The notes: generated from the letters alone by a model not told the origin. A stretch of 64,000 bases of DNA from an uncultured Chloroflexia bacterium (GCA_963703345.1 OY969814.1:1280001-1344000); one strand, 5' to 3'. Numbered from the stretch's first letter, positions 41,275 through 52,391 are shown. A program made the numbers and translations.

Positions 41275-41840
41275 TTAGCGTTTCTTCTGATCTCGTTCTT
41301 GCGGCTTCGGCGGCGATGTCGTCCGCAACGCATAGCCCAGCGTGTAGCCCGCGCCGAAGACCGTCGCCACGGTGAGCAAGGCGCCGAGGTACGCCGGCAG
41401 CGGCGTCAGGAGGACCAGCGCCGCCAGCAGGGCGCAGCCGGCAAGCCCGACCGTCCAGGCGATGACGTGGCTGGGCCACTCCAGGAACCAGTCGCCGGCG
41501 AAGGGCACGCCGATGAAGCCCGCCGCGAATCCGAAGGCGCCGGCGATGGCAGCACAGGCGAGCGCAATTACGAAGAAGACCGCCGCGTGCAAAAACCTCC
41601 CTGCGCCAGGAGCACCAGCGCGCCGACGACGGCGATGACGATGAGCAGGGCCGCCGCCTCGAACCCGAACGTGCTAAGCGTGAGGACGCCGTAGGAGAAG
41701 CGCGTCTCCACGTGCCCGCCGACGCGTCGGACGAGGGGGCGACGGCGGCGTCGACGGGGCCAGCGCTCGTCGGCGTCGTCCGTGTCGTCGGGCTCGACCG
41801 TTTCGGGCTGCTCGTCTCTGTCCGTCTGCGTCTCCTTCAT
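41275..41840 (-). CDS. Hypothetical membrane protein, probably one gene split by a missing T in a homopolymer (~41593)
   Basis: Two overlapping hydrophobic ORFs join if TTTTT is read as TTTTTT. Confidence 0.55.
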
Positions 41841-41847
41841 TACAGTC

Positions 41848-42975
41848 TCAAGCGTTCAGCCGCCACGCATCGAGAGGGCCGCCTTCGCTCTTTCGCTCGG
41901 CAACGAGCTCCAGGAAGCGGTCGAAGAAGTAGGTGTTGTCCAGCGGGCCCGGCGACGCCTCGGAGTGGTATTGAATTGACATAATGCCAAGCTCCTCATG
42001 CCGCAGTCCCTCGACGGTGCCGTCGTTAAGGTTGGAGTGGCTCACTTCCATGCCGCCGTGCAGCCCGTCGGGGTCGACGGCGTAGCCATGGTTCTGCGCC
42101 GTGATATAGACGCGCCCGGTCGTCAGGTCGCGCACGGGGTGGTTGGCGCCGCGGTGGCCGAACTTCAGCTTGAAAGTCGATGCGCCAAACGACGTGCCCA
42201 GCGTCTGGTGCCCCAGGCAGATGCCCAGTATCGGCGTCCTGCCGATGAGCCCCTTCAGCGTCTCGACGACGTAGCCGAGATGCGCCGGATCGCCCGGCCC
42301 CGGCGACAGGACGACGCCGTCCGGCCGCAGCGCCAGCACGTCTTCGGCGCTCGTCAGGCACGGAACGGCGGTGACGTGCGCGCCGCGACGGCTGAGCAGA
42401 CGCATGATGTTGTACTTCACCCCCAGGTCGACGAGGACGATGTGGCTCTTCGCCGCCGTCGCGCTGTCCGGCCACTCGTAGGCGCAGTCGGTGCTCACGT
42501 TGCGCACGAAGTCGATCTCGCCGTAGCGCGGCGACTCGCGCAGACGCGCCAGCGCCTCGTCGCAGTCCTCGCCGCGCGTTATCATCCCCATCATCACGCC
42601 GGACATGCGCAGTCGACGCGTGAGGGCGCGGGTGTCGACGCCGGAGAGGCCGGGAATGCCGTTTCGCGCCAGGTAGTCGTGCAGGGTCATCTCCGACTGC
42701 CAGTGGCTTGGCAGGTCGCAGTGCTCGCGCACGACCATGCCGGTGACCTGGATGCGGTTCGACTCGACGTCGAAGCGGTTGATGCCGTAGTTGCCGGCGA
42801 GGGGGTAGGTCATGACCAGTATCTGGCCGGCGAACGAGGGGTCGGTGAGCGCTTCCTGGTAGCCGGTCATACTTGTCGAGAAGACGACCTCGCCGCCGGC
42901 GCCGTTCTCCGCGCCGAACGCCTCGCCCTCGTAGGTCGAGCCGTCCTCCAGGACCAGGTGGGCCTTATCTGCCAT
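41848..42975 (-). CDS. carA: Carbamoyl-phosphate synthase small subunit
   Basis: MTGYQEALTDPS, SPGPGDP, GICLGHQ, QYHSEASPGP. Confidence 0.96.
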   Translation of the reverse strand: MADKAHLVLEDGSTYEGEAFGAENGAGGEVVFSTSMTGYQEALTDPSFAGQILVMTYPLAGNYGINRFDVESNRIQVTGMVVREHCDLPSHWQSEMTLHDYLARNGIPGLSGVDTRALTRRLRMSGVMMGMITRGEDCDEALARLRESPRYGEIDFVRNVSTDCAYEWPDSATAAKSHIVLVDLGVKYNIMRLLSRRGAHVTAVPCLTSAEDVLALRPDGVVLSPGPGDPAHLGYVVETLKGLIGRTPILGICLGHQTLGTSFGASTFKLKFGHRGANHPVRDLTTGRVYITAQNHGYAVDPDGLHGGMEVSHSNLNDGTVEGLRHEELGIMSIQYHSEASPGPLDNTYFFDRFLELVAERKSEGGPLDAWRLNA

Positions 42976-44338
42976 CAGACCTCCGCCCAATCTTTTGAGA
43001 ACACCGCGCGGCCGCCGAAGATTGTCGCGACGATCTGGCCCTTCAGCACGCGGCCGGCCAGCGGCGTGTTCCGCCCCTTGCTCGCGAAACGCTCTGGGTC
43101 GACGGTCCATTCCGCGTCCGGGTCGAACACGAGCACGTCGCCGGGCGCGCCGACGGCCAGGCTGCCGAGGCCGGCGAGACCCCTTGCCCGTCCGGGTCGA
43201 TGCGCTCCAGCCCGAACGCTGCCACCGGGCCCGCCGTCAGCCGATGCAGCAGGGTCGGCAGGTCGATCTTGCCCTCGTGCACCAGCGACAGCGCGAGCGC
43301 CAGCGCGGTCTCGAAGCCGATGATGCCGGACGGCGCGTCGTCGAACTCGCAGAGCTTGTCGACGGGCGCGTGCGGCGCGTGGTCGGTCGCGATGGCGTCG
43401 ATCGTCCCGTCGCGCAGCCCCTCGACGCAGGCGGCGACGTCGTCCGCGGTGCGCAGCGGCGGCGCAACCTTAGCGTTGGTGTCATAGGCCAGCCCGTCGG
43501 GCAGGGACGAACTCGACATAACGAGCTCATGCGTCAGCGTCAGGTGGTGCGGCGTCACCTCCGCCGTGACGTGCACACCGCGCGCCTTCGCCTGCCGGAC
43601 GAGTTCGACGCTGCCGGTCGTGCTGACGTGGGCGATGTGGACGTGGGCGCCGGTAAGCTCCGCCAGGGCGATGTCGCGCGCCACCATCGACTCTTCCGCC
43701 GCCGCCGGCTCGCCGCGCAGCCCCAGTCGCGCCGCCACCCAGCCCTCGTGCATGACGCCGTTGTGCGCCAGCGCAGGGTCCTGGCAGTGGTCGGAGACGG
43801 GCAGCCCGAGTGCGCGGCTGTATTCGAGCGCCCGGCGCATCAGCTCCGCGTTGGCGACGGGCGAGCCATCGTCGCTGAAGGCGACAACGCCGGCTTCCGC
43901 CAGGTCGCCCAGCTCCGCCAGCTCCTCGCCGTGGCGCCCTTTGCTCACGCAGCCGATCGGCAGCACGCGCGCCGATGCCGTTGCCGCCGCTGTGCGCTGG
44001 ATGTACTCGACCGTCGCGCGGGAGTCGATGGGCGGCTGAGTGTTGGGCATGCAGGAGACGGTCGTGAAGCCGCCGCGCGCCGCCGCCCTCGTACCAGTCT
44101 CGATCGTTTCCTTGTACTCGAAGCCGGGGTCGCGCAGATGGCAGTGGATGTCAACGAGGCCGGGGCAGACGACAAAACCCTTCGCATCGATAACCTGCGC
44201 TCCTTGTCCGTCGATGCGCTCACCGACGGCGGCGATGCGGCCATCCTTGATCAGCACGTCGCCGACGATGTCGACGCCGCGGCCCGGGTCCAGGATGCGC
44301 CCGCCGCGAATCAGGATTGACCGGCTCTCTTCGCTCAT
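42975..44338 (-). CDS. pyrC: Dihydroorotase, one frameshift near 43185
   Basis: [20 protein letters not shown]; C-terminus SKGRNTPL in a second frame ends with TGA overlapping the carA ATG. Confidence 0.9.
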
Positions 44339-45393
44339 CCGCGTCCTCGCGATACGAGGTAGAGGAGCGCCATGCGCACTGCCACGCCGTTGGCGACCTG
44401 CTCCTCGATGACCGACTGCGCGCCGTGCGCCACGTCCAGCGATATCTCGACGCCTTCGTTAACGGGCCCGGGGTGCAGGACCAGCGCGCCGGGCTTCGCC
44501 GTCGCTAAACGGCGGGCCGTCACCTGGTAGAGGTTGCAGTACTCGCGGATCGTCGGGATGAGGCCGCTTTGCATGCGCTCGAGCTGGAGGCGCAGCGTCA
44601 TCACCACGTCGGCGTCTTTGATGGCGCGGTCGACGTTCGTCTCGATTTCGACGGCGGGCAACGACGGCCGGTCGCCGATCGACTCGCTGCCGCGCGGCCC
44701 TTCGAGACCGACCGGAAGGAGCGTCGGCGGGCCGCAGACGACCACATGCGCGCCCATCGTCGTCAGGGACCAGAGGTTGGAGCGCGCGACGCGGCTGTGC
44801 GTGATGTCGCCGATGATGACGATCTTGCGCCCGCGCACGTCGCCGATGTGGGAGCGAATGGTGAACAGGTCGAGCAGCGCCTGCGAGGGGTGGGCGTGCC
44901 AGCCGTCGCCGGCGTTGATGACGGACGCCCGCGTGTGCCGCGAGGCCAGGTAAGGCGCGCCGGAGCGGGAGTGGCGCATAACCAGCATGTCGGCGCCCAC
45001 GGCCTGTAGCGTCAGCACGGTGTCGACAATCGACTCGCCTTTCTGGACGCTGCTGCCGATGGAGGTGATGTTGATAACATCCGCGCCCAGCGCCTTGCCC
45101 GCCAGCTCGAAGGAGGAGCGAGTGCGGGTGCTGGCCTCGTAGAAGACCGTGATTATCGTCGTGCCCCGTAGGGTCGGGATGCGCGGGATCGGGCGGGCGA
45201 GCACCTCCTTCATGACGCCGGCGGTGTCCATTACCAGCTCGATCTCGTCCTTCGAGAAGTCGTCGAGGTCGAGGACGTGGCGGTGGCGCCAGGTATCGGG
45301 TGCTGGCGGCGTAAGGATCGGTGGCGGCTCCTGGACGAGCACGGCGGCGCCCCCATTCGCCTCTCTTCTACCGGTTTCTCTTGCCATGGTCAC
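44335..45393 (-). CDS. pyrB: Aspartate carbamoyltransferase catalytic subunit
   Basis: [31 protein letters not shown]. Confidence 0.97.
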   Translation of the reverse strand: MTMARETGRREANGGAAVLVQEPPPILTPPAPDTWRHRHVLDLDDFSKDEIELVMDTAGVMKEVLARPIPRIPTLRGTTIITVFYEASTRTRSSFELAGKALGADVINITSIGSSVQKGESIVDTVLTLQAVGADMLVMRHSRSGAPYLASRHTRASVINAGDGWHAHPSQALLDLFTIRSHIGDVRGRKIVIIGDITHSRVARSNLWSLTTMGAHVVVCGPPTLLPVGLEGPRGSESIGDRPSLPAVEIETNVDRAIKDADVVMTLRLQLERMQSGLIPTIREYCNLYQVTARRLATAKPGALVLHPGPVNEGVEISLDVAHGAQSVIEEQVANGVAVRMALLYLVSRGRG

Positions 45394-45932
45394 CTTCCCT
45401 CCGCGGCGATGAGCACTACGCCATCGCCGCCGTCTGTCTCCGCGAGACGCACCTGGACGTCGTCGCGACGGGAGGTCGGTATGTTCTTGCCGACGTAGTC
45501 AGCGCGGATCGGCAGCTCGCGGTGGCCGCGGTCGACGAGGACGGCGAGCTGGATGCGCTGCGGACGGCCGTAGTCGATGAGGGCGTCGAGGGCGGCCCGG
45601 ATGCTGCGCCCGGTGTAGAGGACGTCGTCGACGAGGATGAGCCGCTTGCCGTCGATGTCCGTCGGTATGTCGCTGGGCTTGATCTCGATGTCGAGGCCGA
45701 CGTGCGGCAGGTCGTCGCGGTAGAGGCCGATATCGAGCGAGCCGACGGGCACCGTCTCGCCCTCGAACTCGGCGATGCCGCGGGCGATGCGCTCGGCGAG
45801 GGGGACGCCGCGCGTCTGCATGCCGATGAAGACGAGGTCTTCGCAGCCGCGGTTGTTCTCCACGATCTCGTGGGCGATGCGCATGACGGCGCGTCGCACG
45901 TCGTCGGGGGACATGATTACCGTTTCGGTCAT
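45390..45932 (-). CDS. pyrR: Pyrimidine operon attenuation protein / UPRTase
   Basis: [30 protein letters not shown]. Confidence 0.97.
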   Translation of the reverse strand: MTETVIMSPDDVRRAVMRIAHEIVENNRGCEDLVFIGMQTRGVPLAERIARGIAEFEGETVPVGSLDIGLYRDDLPHVGLDIEIKPSDIPTDIDGKRLILVDDVLYTGRSIRAALDALIDYGRPQRIQLAVLVDRGHRELPIRADYVGKNIPTSRRDDVQVRLAETDGGDGVVLIAAEGR

Positions 45933-46060
45933 AAAAAAGCCTCCCGCCGGACCGGCCGACGAGAGGTCCTCCGCGCGAAAGCTCTCAGGCTCAGCTTGCC
46001 CGCCTGAGCGTGCATTCGCAAACCCCTTCCCGGCCTCGCCGGACCGGACTTAAAGGTTTG
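45933..46060 (-). promoter_or_regulatory. PyrR-binding leader and attenuator terminator
   Basis: CCTTTAAGTCCGGTCCGGCGAGGCCGGGAAGG fits the PyrR binding-loop consensus; GC hairpin plus TTTTTT just before the pyrR ATG. Confidence 0.85.
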
Positions 46061-46079
46061 ACTGTCGATTCCCGTCCAG

Positions 46080-46109
46080 ATTATAGCAGCGGGCCCAAGT
46101 GAGTCGCAA
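46080..46109 (-). promoter_or_regulatory. pyr operon promoter
   Basis: TTGCGA-18 bp-TATAAT with TG extension. Confidence 0.65.
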
Positions 46110-46279
46110 GAGCGAGGGCCGTCTCTTTTTGGCGTTCTTCGAGGCGCGCGCCGGCGCGAGGCGACGCTTGACAGGACGTGTCGGCTGCGGTACGAAGGGA
46201 TCATAGGGTATCGGACTTCGATGCAGGTCGACTGCTCGGCTTCGAGCCGCAGCATATCTGATCGCGCAGGTCGGGAGTC

Positions 46280-48727
46280 ATGAACGGACTGTGGGACCGG
46301 CTGGCGGGGCTAGTCGGCGCGCGCTACCGCTGGATTCTGGGCGTCGCCGCCATCGCGACGGTCGTGCTGGCGTTCGGCTTGCCGCGCATTCACTTCAAGA
46401 CCGGCCAGGATACGCTCCTTCCGTCCAGCTCGAAGGTCTACCAGGACAACCTGCGCTACCAGGGCACCTTCGGCGGGGACCCGATGCTCGTGCTCTTCGA
46501 AGGGGACGTTCTCAGCCTGCTCTCGCCGCCGAATGTGGATACGCTACGGGACATCGAGCAAAAGCTGAACGCGGACGGGCGCTATTTCTCCGTCGTCAGT
46601 CCGCTCACTGTCCTCCAGCTGGGCATCGAACAGATCAAGCTACAGCGAGAGGAAGCCGTCGCCACGCTTGCCGGCATTGAGGCGCAGGCGGAGTCGGCGG
46701 CGCGACAGCGCGTCGCGGCGGCCGGTGGCTCGCCACAGGCGCAGGACGAGGCGGCGCAGGCGGCCCGCGATCAGGCTGCGAACGATTTCCTGGCGCAGCA
46801 GGGGCCCGACGCTCAGCGCTTCGCCCAGATCGGCGACCTTTCGCCGGACAACCCGAAGGTGGCGCAGTTCGTCCTCTTCGACTCAGAGGGGAAGGTACGG
46901 CCGGAGATGGCGGACATCGTGCCGGATCCGAACCACGCGCTGCTCGTGGTCCGGCTCGGCGGCAACATGTCGATCGACGAGCAGGCGAAGGCCGCAGCCG
47001 ACGTGTCGAAGCTCGTAAAGGCGCACAGCTTTCAGGGCGTGACGGCGCTGCCCAGCGGCCCGGCGATCCTTATCCAGGAGATCAACGACAGCATGCGCTC
47101 GAACCTGATAAAGACGGCGGCGCTGGCGACCGCGCTTATGGTCGTCATCCTCTCGCTCGTATTCCGCGCGCCCTGGCGGCTGCTTTCCTTGCCGATCGTG
47201 CTGGCCGGCTGCGTCTGGGCGTTCGGGCTCATGGGGTTCCTTTCCCTGCCTCTGACGATGGTGACCATCTCCGGCCTGCCCATTCTCATCGGCCTCGGCG
47301 TGGACTTCGCGATCCAGTTCCACAGCCGCTTCGACGAAGAGACGCAGAAGGGCGCGAACGCGGCGGAAGCGATGCGGATCTCCATGCGGCGTATCGGCAC
47401 GGCGGTCGGGATAGCGGTGCTGGCAGCCTCGGCCGGCTTCATGGTGCTGCACATCTCACGCGTGCCCATGATCCGCGACTTCGGCTCGATGCTTACCGTG
47501 GGCACCGTCATTCTTTTCCTGACGAGTCTGTTCCTGCTTCACGCGGTGCTCTACTGGCGTCTGGGTGCGCGCCTGGCGGCGTCGAGTGCCTCGAGGGCCG
47601 CCGCCCACTTCCAGGTGGAGAGCGTTGTGCGCTCGATAACGACGAACACGGTCGGCCGCGTCCTGCCGGTGCTGGCGATAGGCCTCTTCGTCGTGCTGCT
47701 CGGTCTCTTCCTCGACCAGCGCCTTCCGCTGCAGACCGACCCGGAGCGTTTCATTCCTCAGAACAGCCAGGTGCTGAAAGACCTGTACCACATTCGCGAC
47801 ACGGCGGGCTCGACCAGTGAGCTGGGGCTGATGGTGCAGGCTGATGACGTGTTGCGGCCGGACATTCTAGCCTGGATGCAGGACTTCCAGCGAAAGCAGA
47901 TGGCGGCGCACTCGCAGTTGCTGCGGGCGAACAGCCTGGCGACGCTGCTGACGGCTGCCAACAACGGCGCGATGCCTTCTCCCGACCAGGCGCAGCGCAT
48001 CCTCGATGTCGCGCCGCCGGGCATCCTGAGCTCGATGATAAGCGCCGATCACAAGAGCGCCAGCGTCATCTTCAGCGTCGGCGACATGTCGCTGAGTGAG
48101 CGGCGTGCCGTCATAAGCGATATCAGCCGCAACGCCGACGCTCCGCCCGGCGTGACGTTGATGGCCGGCGGTCTTTCCGTCATCGGCGCCGAGACGGCGA
48201 ATGCGCTCTCCCAGAACCGCGGCCTCATGACCATCGCCGCCCTGGGCGCGATCTGCCTGGGCCTGTTCGTGATCTACCGCAATCCGGCGAAGGCTGTCCT
48301 GCCGCTTCTGCCCATCGTGCTGGCGCTGAGCGCGTCCTCGGTCGTGCTCTACCTGCTCGGCATTGAGCTGAACCCGCTGACGTCCGTCTCCGGACCGCTG
48401 ATCATCGCAATGGGGACCGAGTTCACCGTGCTGCTGATGTCACGCTACTTCGAGGAGCGGGAGAAGGGGCAGGCGCCGCGCGCGGCAATGGATGTTGCGT
48501 CCCTCCGCATAGGGCGGGCGATTGCCGCTTCGGGGCTTACCGTCATCGGCGGCTTCGGAGCGCTGGCGATCTCCAACTTCCCGCTTCTGGAGAGCTTCGG
48601 GCAGGTCACCGTGCTGGACATGGCGCTCTGTCTGCTGGCGACGCTCATCGTGCTGCCGCCGCTGCTCGTCTGGCTGGACGAGGAGACGGGGCTCGTTGCG
48701 GTAAAGGAGCTGCGCCCGGCCGACTAA
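46280..48727 (+). CDS. MMPL/HAE3-type RND transporter
   Basis: IGLGVDFAIQF, PMIRDFG, AMGTEFTV; duplicated TM repeats. Confidence 0.9.
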   Translation: MNGLWDRLAGLVGARYRWILGVAAIATVVLAFGLPRIHFKTGQDTLLPSSSKVYQDNLRYQGTFGGDPMLVLFEGDVLSLLSPPNVDTLRDIEQKLNADGRYFSVVSPLTVLQLGIEQIKLQREEAVATLAGIEAQAESAARQRVAAAGGSPQAQDEAAQAARDQAANDFLAQQGPDAQRFAQIGDLSPDNPKVAQFVLFDSEGKVRPEMADIVPDPNHALLVVRLGGNMSIDEQAKAAADVSKLVKAHSFQGVTALPSGPAILIQEINDSMRSNLIKTAALATALMVVILSLVFRAPWRLLSLPIVLAGCVWAFGLMGFLSLPLTMVTISGLPILIGLGVDFAIQFHSRFDEETQKGANAAEAMRISMRRIGTAVGIAVLAASAGFMVLHISRVPMIRDFGSMLTVGTVILFLTSLFLLHAVLYWRLGARLAASSASRAAAHFQVESVVRSITTNTVGRVLPVLAIGLFVVLLGLFLDQRLPLQTDPERFIPQNSQVLKDLYHIRDTAGSTSELGLMVQADDVLRPDILAWMQDFQRKQMAAHSQLLRANSLATLLTAANNGAMPSPDQAQRILDVAPPGILSSMISADHKSASVIFSVGDMSLSERRAVISDISRNADAPPGVTLMAGGLSVIGAETANALSQNRGLMTIAALGAICLGLFVIYRNPAKAVLPLLPIVLALSASSVVLYLLGIELNPLTSVSGPLIIAMGTEFTVLLMSRYFEEREKGQAPRAAMDVASLRIGRAIAASGLTVIGGFGALAISNFPLLESFGQVTVLDMALCLLATLIVLPPLLVWLDEETGLVAVKELRPAD

Positions 48728-48731
48728 CCGC

Positions 48732-49589
48732 TCATCGCTGGTCGCCCCTAGCCATGACCGTCGCCGCTTCAGGCGACACCTCTTCGTCGTGGTGAGCCCC
48801 GACTTCATGGGCGTGGGCGTGCACTACCGCCGCGTGGCGGTGCGCGTGCTCGTGGAGGAGGTTGGCTTCCATCAGCAGCGCCTCGTCGTCGAGGATCGAC
48901 TCCGGGGTGCCGTCGGCGAGGATGCGACGGTCCTCGCCCATCACGATCACGCGCTCGGCGATGATAGGGACGATCTCCAGGTCGTGGGTCGCCGTGATTA
49001 TCGTCTTCCGCTCGGCTGCCAGCCCGACGATGAGGTCCACCAGCACCCACTTCGTGCGCGGGTCCAGGCTGGCGGTCGGCTCGTCGAGGAGAAGGACGTC
49101 GGGCTCCAGCGACAGCACGGAGGCGATGGCCGCGCGCTTCTTTTCGCCGCCGGAGAGCTCGAACGGCGCCCGGTCGCGGAGGTGCTCGATGCCCATCTGC
49201 CGCAGCGCCGCCTCGACGCGCCGGCGGACCTCCGGCAGCGTCAGGCCGAGCTGCAGCGGCCCGAAGGCGACGTCGTCGCCGACCGTCGGCGAGAAGAGCT
49301 GGACGTCCGGGTCCTGGAAGATGAGGCCGATACGTCGGTGGAAGCAGTGCGTTTCTTCGCTGTCGGACGCGATTGTCCGAATGTCGTTGCCGAAGACGTG
49401 CAGGCGTCCCGCACTGGGCTCGTAGAGACCGTCGAGCAGCTTGAGAAGCGTCGACTTGCCGCAGCCGTTCGCGCCCAGCACGGCGACCGCCTCGCCTTCA
49501 GCGACCCTCAGGTTCACGCCGTCGAGCGCGACCTGCCGGCGGTTGTACGTATAGCCAACGTTTTCCAGCTCAAAGACCGGCGGCCGCAT
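48732..49589 (-). CDS. cbiO: Ni/Co ECF transporter ATPase with His-rich tail
   Basis: GANGCGKST, LSGGEKKR, LDEPT; HEHAHRH...HAHAH. Confidence 0.9.
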   Translation of the reverse strand: MRPPVFELENVGYTYNRRQVALDGVNLRVAEGEAVAVLGANGCGKSTLLKLLDGLYEPSAGRLHVFGNDIRTIASDSEETHCFHRRIGLIFQDPDVQLFSPTVGDDVAFGPLQLGLTLPEVRRRVEAALRQMGIEHLRDRAPFELSGGEKKRAAIASVLSLEPDVLLLDEPTASLDPRTKWVLVDLIVGLAAERKTIITATHDLEIVPIIAERVIVMGEDRRILADGTPESILDDEALLMEANLLHEHAHRHAAVVHAHAHEVGAHHDEEVSPEAATVMARGDQR

Positions 49590-49591
49590 CG

Positions 49592-50461
49592 TCACAGCCT
49601 CCCGCCGATATAGACCGCCGCAGCCGCTGTCAGGACGGAGCCGGCCAGCAGCAGCCAGTCGCCGGCCGACAGGCGGTGGTCGTCCAACGTGCGCATTTCG
49701 CCCTGGAAGCCGCGCGCCAGCATCGCCTGATAAACGTCCTCGCTCATCCTGACGGAGCGGTCCAACAGCACGCCCATCGACGAGACCACCCAGCGCCTCT
49801 GCTCCGGCCCCGACGTCGTCGCCACGATCCGGCTCTTGCGCGCGAGGAACATGGCGTTCGCGGCGTGCAGGACGACGAAGATGTAGCGATAGGTCATCGC
49901 CAGCACCAGGACGAGGCCGCCCGGCAGGCGCAGCGCCCGCAGCGACTTCAAGATGTCCGCCCATTTCGTCGTCAGGACCAGCAGGACGGCCAGCGACACC
50001 GACACGCCGACGCGTAGGACGAAGACGGACGCGGCTACCAGACCGTCGCGGTGGACTGTCAGGTCGAACAGGCCGAGTGGAACGTGAAGCAGCTCTCGGT
50101 GGCCGATGAAGAAGACGGACGGCAGTATGACGACGGCGCTGAAAAGGCCCACGCCGAGCCAGACGCGCTTGACGAACAGGCCCATGTCGACGGAGGAGAG
50201 CGCCGCGGCGACGAGCACCAGCGCGTAGAGCGCCGCCAGGACCGTCCACTCGCGTGACAGGCCGGCGGCGATGATCAGCGCGGCGAACGCCAGGAGCTTG
50301 GCGCGTGCATCCCGACGCTGCAGGAAGCCGCTCTTTCGGGCGTTCTCCTCGGAGAAAACGGCGCGCTCGATGCCGGCGCTGATGTCGGCCAGCGTCTTCT
50401 CGACGAAGCCGGCCTTGAGCCTGCGGGCGTGCGTGGCCGAAGCTGCCTGGTCGACGGTCAT
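49592..50461 (-). CDS. cbiQ: Ni/Co ECF transporter T component
   Basis: DARAKL, MTYRYIFV, ARKSR, AMLARGF. Confidence 0.9.
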   Translation of the reverse strand: MTVDQAASATHARRLKAGFVEKTLADISAGIERAVFSEENARKSGFLQRRDARAKLLAFAALIIAAGLSREWTVLAALYALVLVAAALSSVDMGLFVKRVWLGVGLFSAVVILPSVFFIGHRELLHVPLGLFDLTVHRDGLVAASVFVLRVGVSVSLAVLLVLTTKWADILKSLRALRLPGGLVLVLAMTYRYIFVVLHAANAMFLARKSRIVATTSGPEQRRWVVSSMGVLLDRSVRMSEDVYQAMLARGFQGEMRTLDDHRLSAGDWLLLAGSVLTAAAAVYIGGRL

Positions 50462-51810
50462 TGCTCGGCGTTCCTCCAGTCGGGCGGCGCGCCCGGCATC
50501 AGCCGGCGGGCGAGCTCCCGCAGGCCAAGTCCGATGATAACGAGCATCCCCATGGCAGCGAAGCCTGCGACCTGGTAGCCCACGTTCTGTTTCCACGCCG
50601 GGTCGTTGTCGTTGACCCACGGCGGCTCGTAGCCGGCCAGGAGCGCGTGGCGGGAGAATCCGATGTCGCCGATCTTGCTCGGCACGCACGCGCACTCCTT
50701 ATTCACGTCGGGCAACGCGTCGAACAGGCTGGCGTCGCCCTGCGCCCGCGCCTGGAGCGCTACCGTCACTTCCGCCTGGGACGCGCTCTCGTCCTCGCCG
50801 AAAGCCCCGCCCGGCGCGATGAGGCCGATGGGCGCCCAGATCAGCAGCGCAACGACTATCATCACGGCCGCGCGCGTGCTTGTTCCCGCAACGTTCCGCA
50901 GCAATACGTACAGAATCGGGAGGACGAGCGCTGATACGATTGCCGACACAAGGACGGTTTGGCCGGCGTCGCGCCAGGATACCGCCGTCCAGTCCAGGCC
51001 GGCCCACCGTTCGAGGCGGCCTCCGCCCATCACCAGGCCGGCCACGAAGATAACGACGGCCGCCGCGACTGCAAACGCTCCGACCGGAATCCAGGGATTG
51101 AGGGAGCGCGCCCGCTGTTCGATGCCCGCCGTCTTTTCGCCGCGCCGCAGCAGGATTTCGGGGAAGGACTTCTGGAGGTAGGCGAGGCCAAGACCCGTCA
51201 CGGCCGCTTCCACGAAGGACGCGCCGAAGACGTACGCGACGAGCATCGACGGTATCGCGGCACCGAAGCCGTACGGGCTGTAGGCAGGGATGCCGTTCGT
51301 GCTGGCGATGTGTGGCTGCAGGCCTAGCTCAGCGCCGACGAGAAGCGCGGCCAGTGTGATCCCGACGTACGAACCGATGGCCGCCGCCGCGACGCGACGC
51401 TGCGAGAGCACATCGCTGCGGCCGGCGATGAGGCGATAGGTCAGGTAGCCGCTCAACGGCAGGATGACGGCCATGTTGATGCAGTTGACGCCGATGGCCG
51501 TGATGCCGCCGTCGCCGAAGAAGAGCGCCTGAATGATCAGCGCGACGGAAGTGGAGAGCACCGCCGCCCATGGCCCGAGGACGATCGCGACCAGCGTCGC
51601 GCCGACGGCATGCGCGGTGGTGCCGCCGGGAACGGGCACGTTGAACATCATGATGGTGAAGGTGAAGGCCGAGAAGACGGCAAGAAGAGGAACGGTCCGC
51701 CCGCCGACGGCGCGTCGCACGCGTGCGGAGGCGATAAGCCAGAAGGGCGTTGCCGCGACGTAGCCGGCGCCGCAGGTCAGAGGGCTGAGATAGCCGTCGG
51801 GAACGTGCAT
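50458..51810 (-). CDS. cbiM: Ni/Co ECF S component CbiM/NikM fused to a PDGLE-like domain
   Basis: MHVPDGYLSP, PGGTTAH, QALFFGDGG; C-terminal APGGAFGE. Confidence 0.9.
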   Translation of the reverse strand: MHVPDGYLSPLTCGAGYVAATPFWLIASARVRRAVGGRTVPLLAVFSAFTFTIMMFNVPVPGGTTAHAVGATLVAIVLGPWAAVLSTSVALIIQALFFGDGGITAIGVNCINMAVILPLSGYLTYRLIAGRSDVLSQRRVAAAAIGSYVGITLAALLVGAELGLQPHIASTNGIPAYSPYGFGAAIPSMLVAYVFGASFVEAAVTGLGLAYLQKSFPEILLRRGEKTAGIEQRARSLNPWIPVGAFAVAAAVVIFVAGLVMGGGRLERWAGLDWTAVSWRDAGQTVLVSAIVSALVLPILYVLLRNVAGTSTRAAVMIVVALLIWAPIGLIAPGGAFGEDESASQAEVTVALQARAQGDASLFDALPDVNKECACVPSKIGDIGFSRHALLAGYEPPWVNDNDPAWKQNVGYQVAGFAAMGMLVIIGLGLRELARRLMPGAPPDWRNAEQ

Positions 51811-51856
51811 GGCAGTCCCTTTCCCGCATCCGCGACGATCGCGACTGGAGCGGCAG

Positions 51857-52294
51857 CTAGTCTACGCCATTCGCCTCGCGACAGTCGCGGCAGAGCCCGA
51901 AGATCGCCAGATGGTCCATCTCGGCGCGAAAACCGTGCTCCTCGAGCAGGCGCTGTTGCATGTCCTCCAGGTATGTCGGATCGAGCGAAAGTTCCGCGCC
52001 GCATTGCCGGCAGACCAGGTGATGATGCGGGTCGGAAAGGCGCCACTCGTAGCTGTATTCGCCGCTGCCCATGTCGGTCTCCGAGACGATGCGCAGCTCC
52101 TTGAGGGCGTTCATCGTCCGGTAGATCGTCGAGACGTCGACGTAGGGGTACTCTTTCCGGACCTCGGCGAGGATCTCCGCGGCGGTCAGGTGGCCTTCGC
52201 GATGGCGCAATATAGAGAGGATCATCAGGCGCTGTGGCGTCGGCCTTTGACCGGCTTCGCGCAGCAACTCGACGATTTCCGACTCGCAGCTCAA
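51857..52294 (-). CDS. Fur-family metalloregulator
   Basis: TPQR, STIYR, HHHLVCRQCG, GLCRDC. Confidence 0.93.
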   Translation of the reverse strand: MSCESEIVELLREAGQRPTPQRLMILSILRHREGHLTAAEILAEVRKEYPYVDVSTIYRTMNALKELRIVSETDMGSGEYSYEWRLSDPHHHLVCRQCGAELSLDPTYLEDMQQRLLEEHGFRAEMDHLAIFGLCRDCREANGVD

Positions 52295-52305
52295 TTCGAT
52301 GCTCC

Positions 52306-52353
52306 TGCAAATGATTGCAAGTGCATCGTATCGTGTGTCTTCCGGCCTGTCAA
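52306..52353 (-). promoter_or_regulatory. Promoter and putative Fur-family operator
   Basis: TTGACA-17 bp-TACGAT (52353-52325), followed by the palindrome TGCAA-N4-TTGCA (52306-52319). Confidence 0.65.
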
Positions 52354-52391
52354 CCGTCGGGACGCTGAAGAGGGACGGCGGGCGAGGGCGG

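Noticed and set aside
51811-52390. Cobalamin riboswitch for cbiMQO
   Set aside because: No B12-box or room for one; a Fur gene and a simple promoter occupy the region
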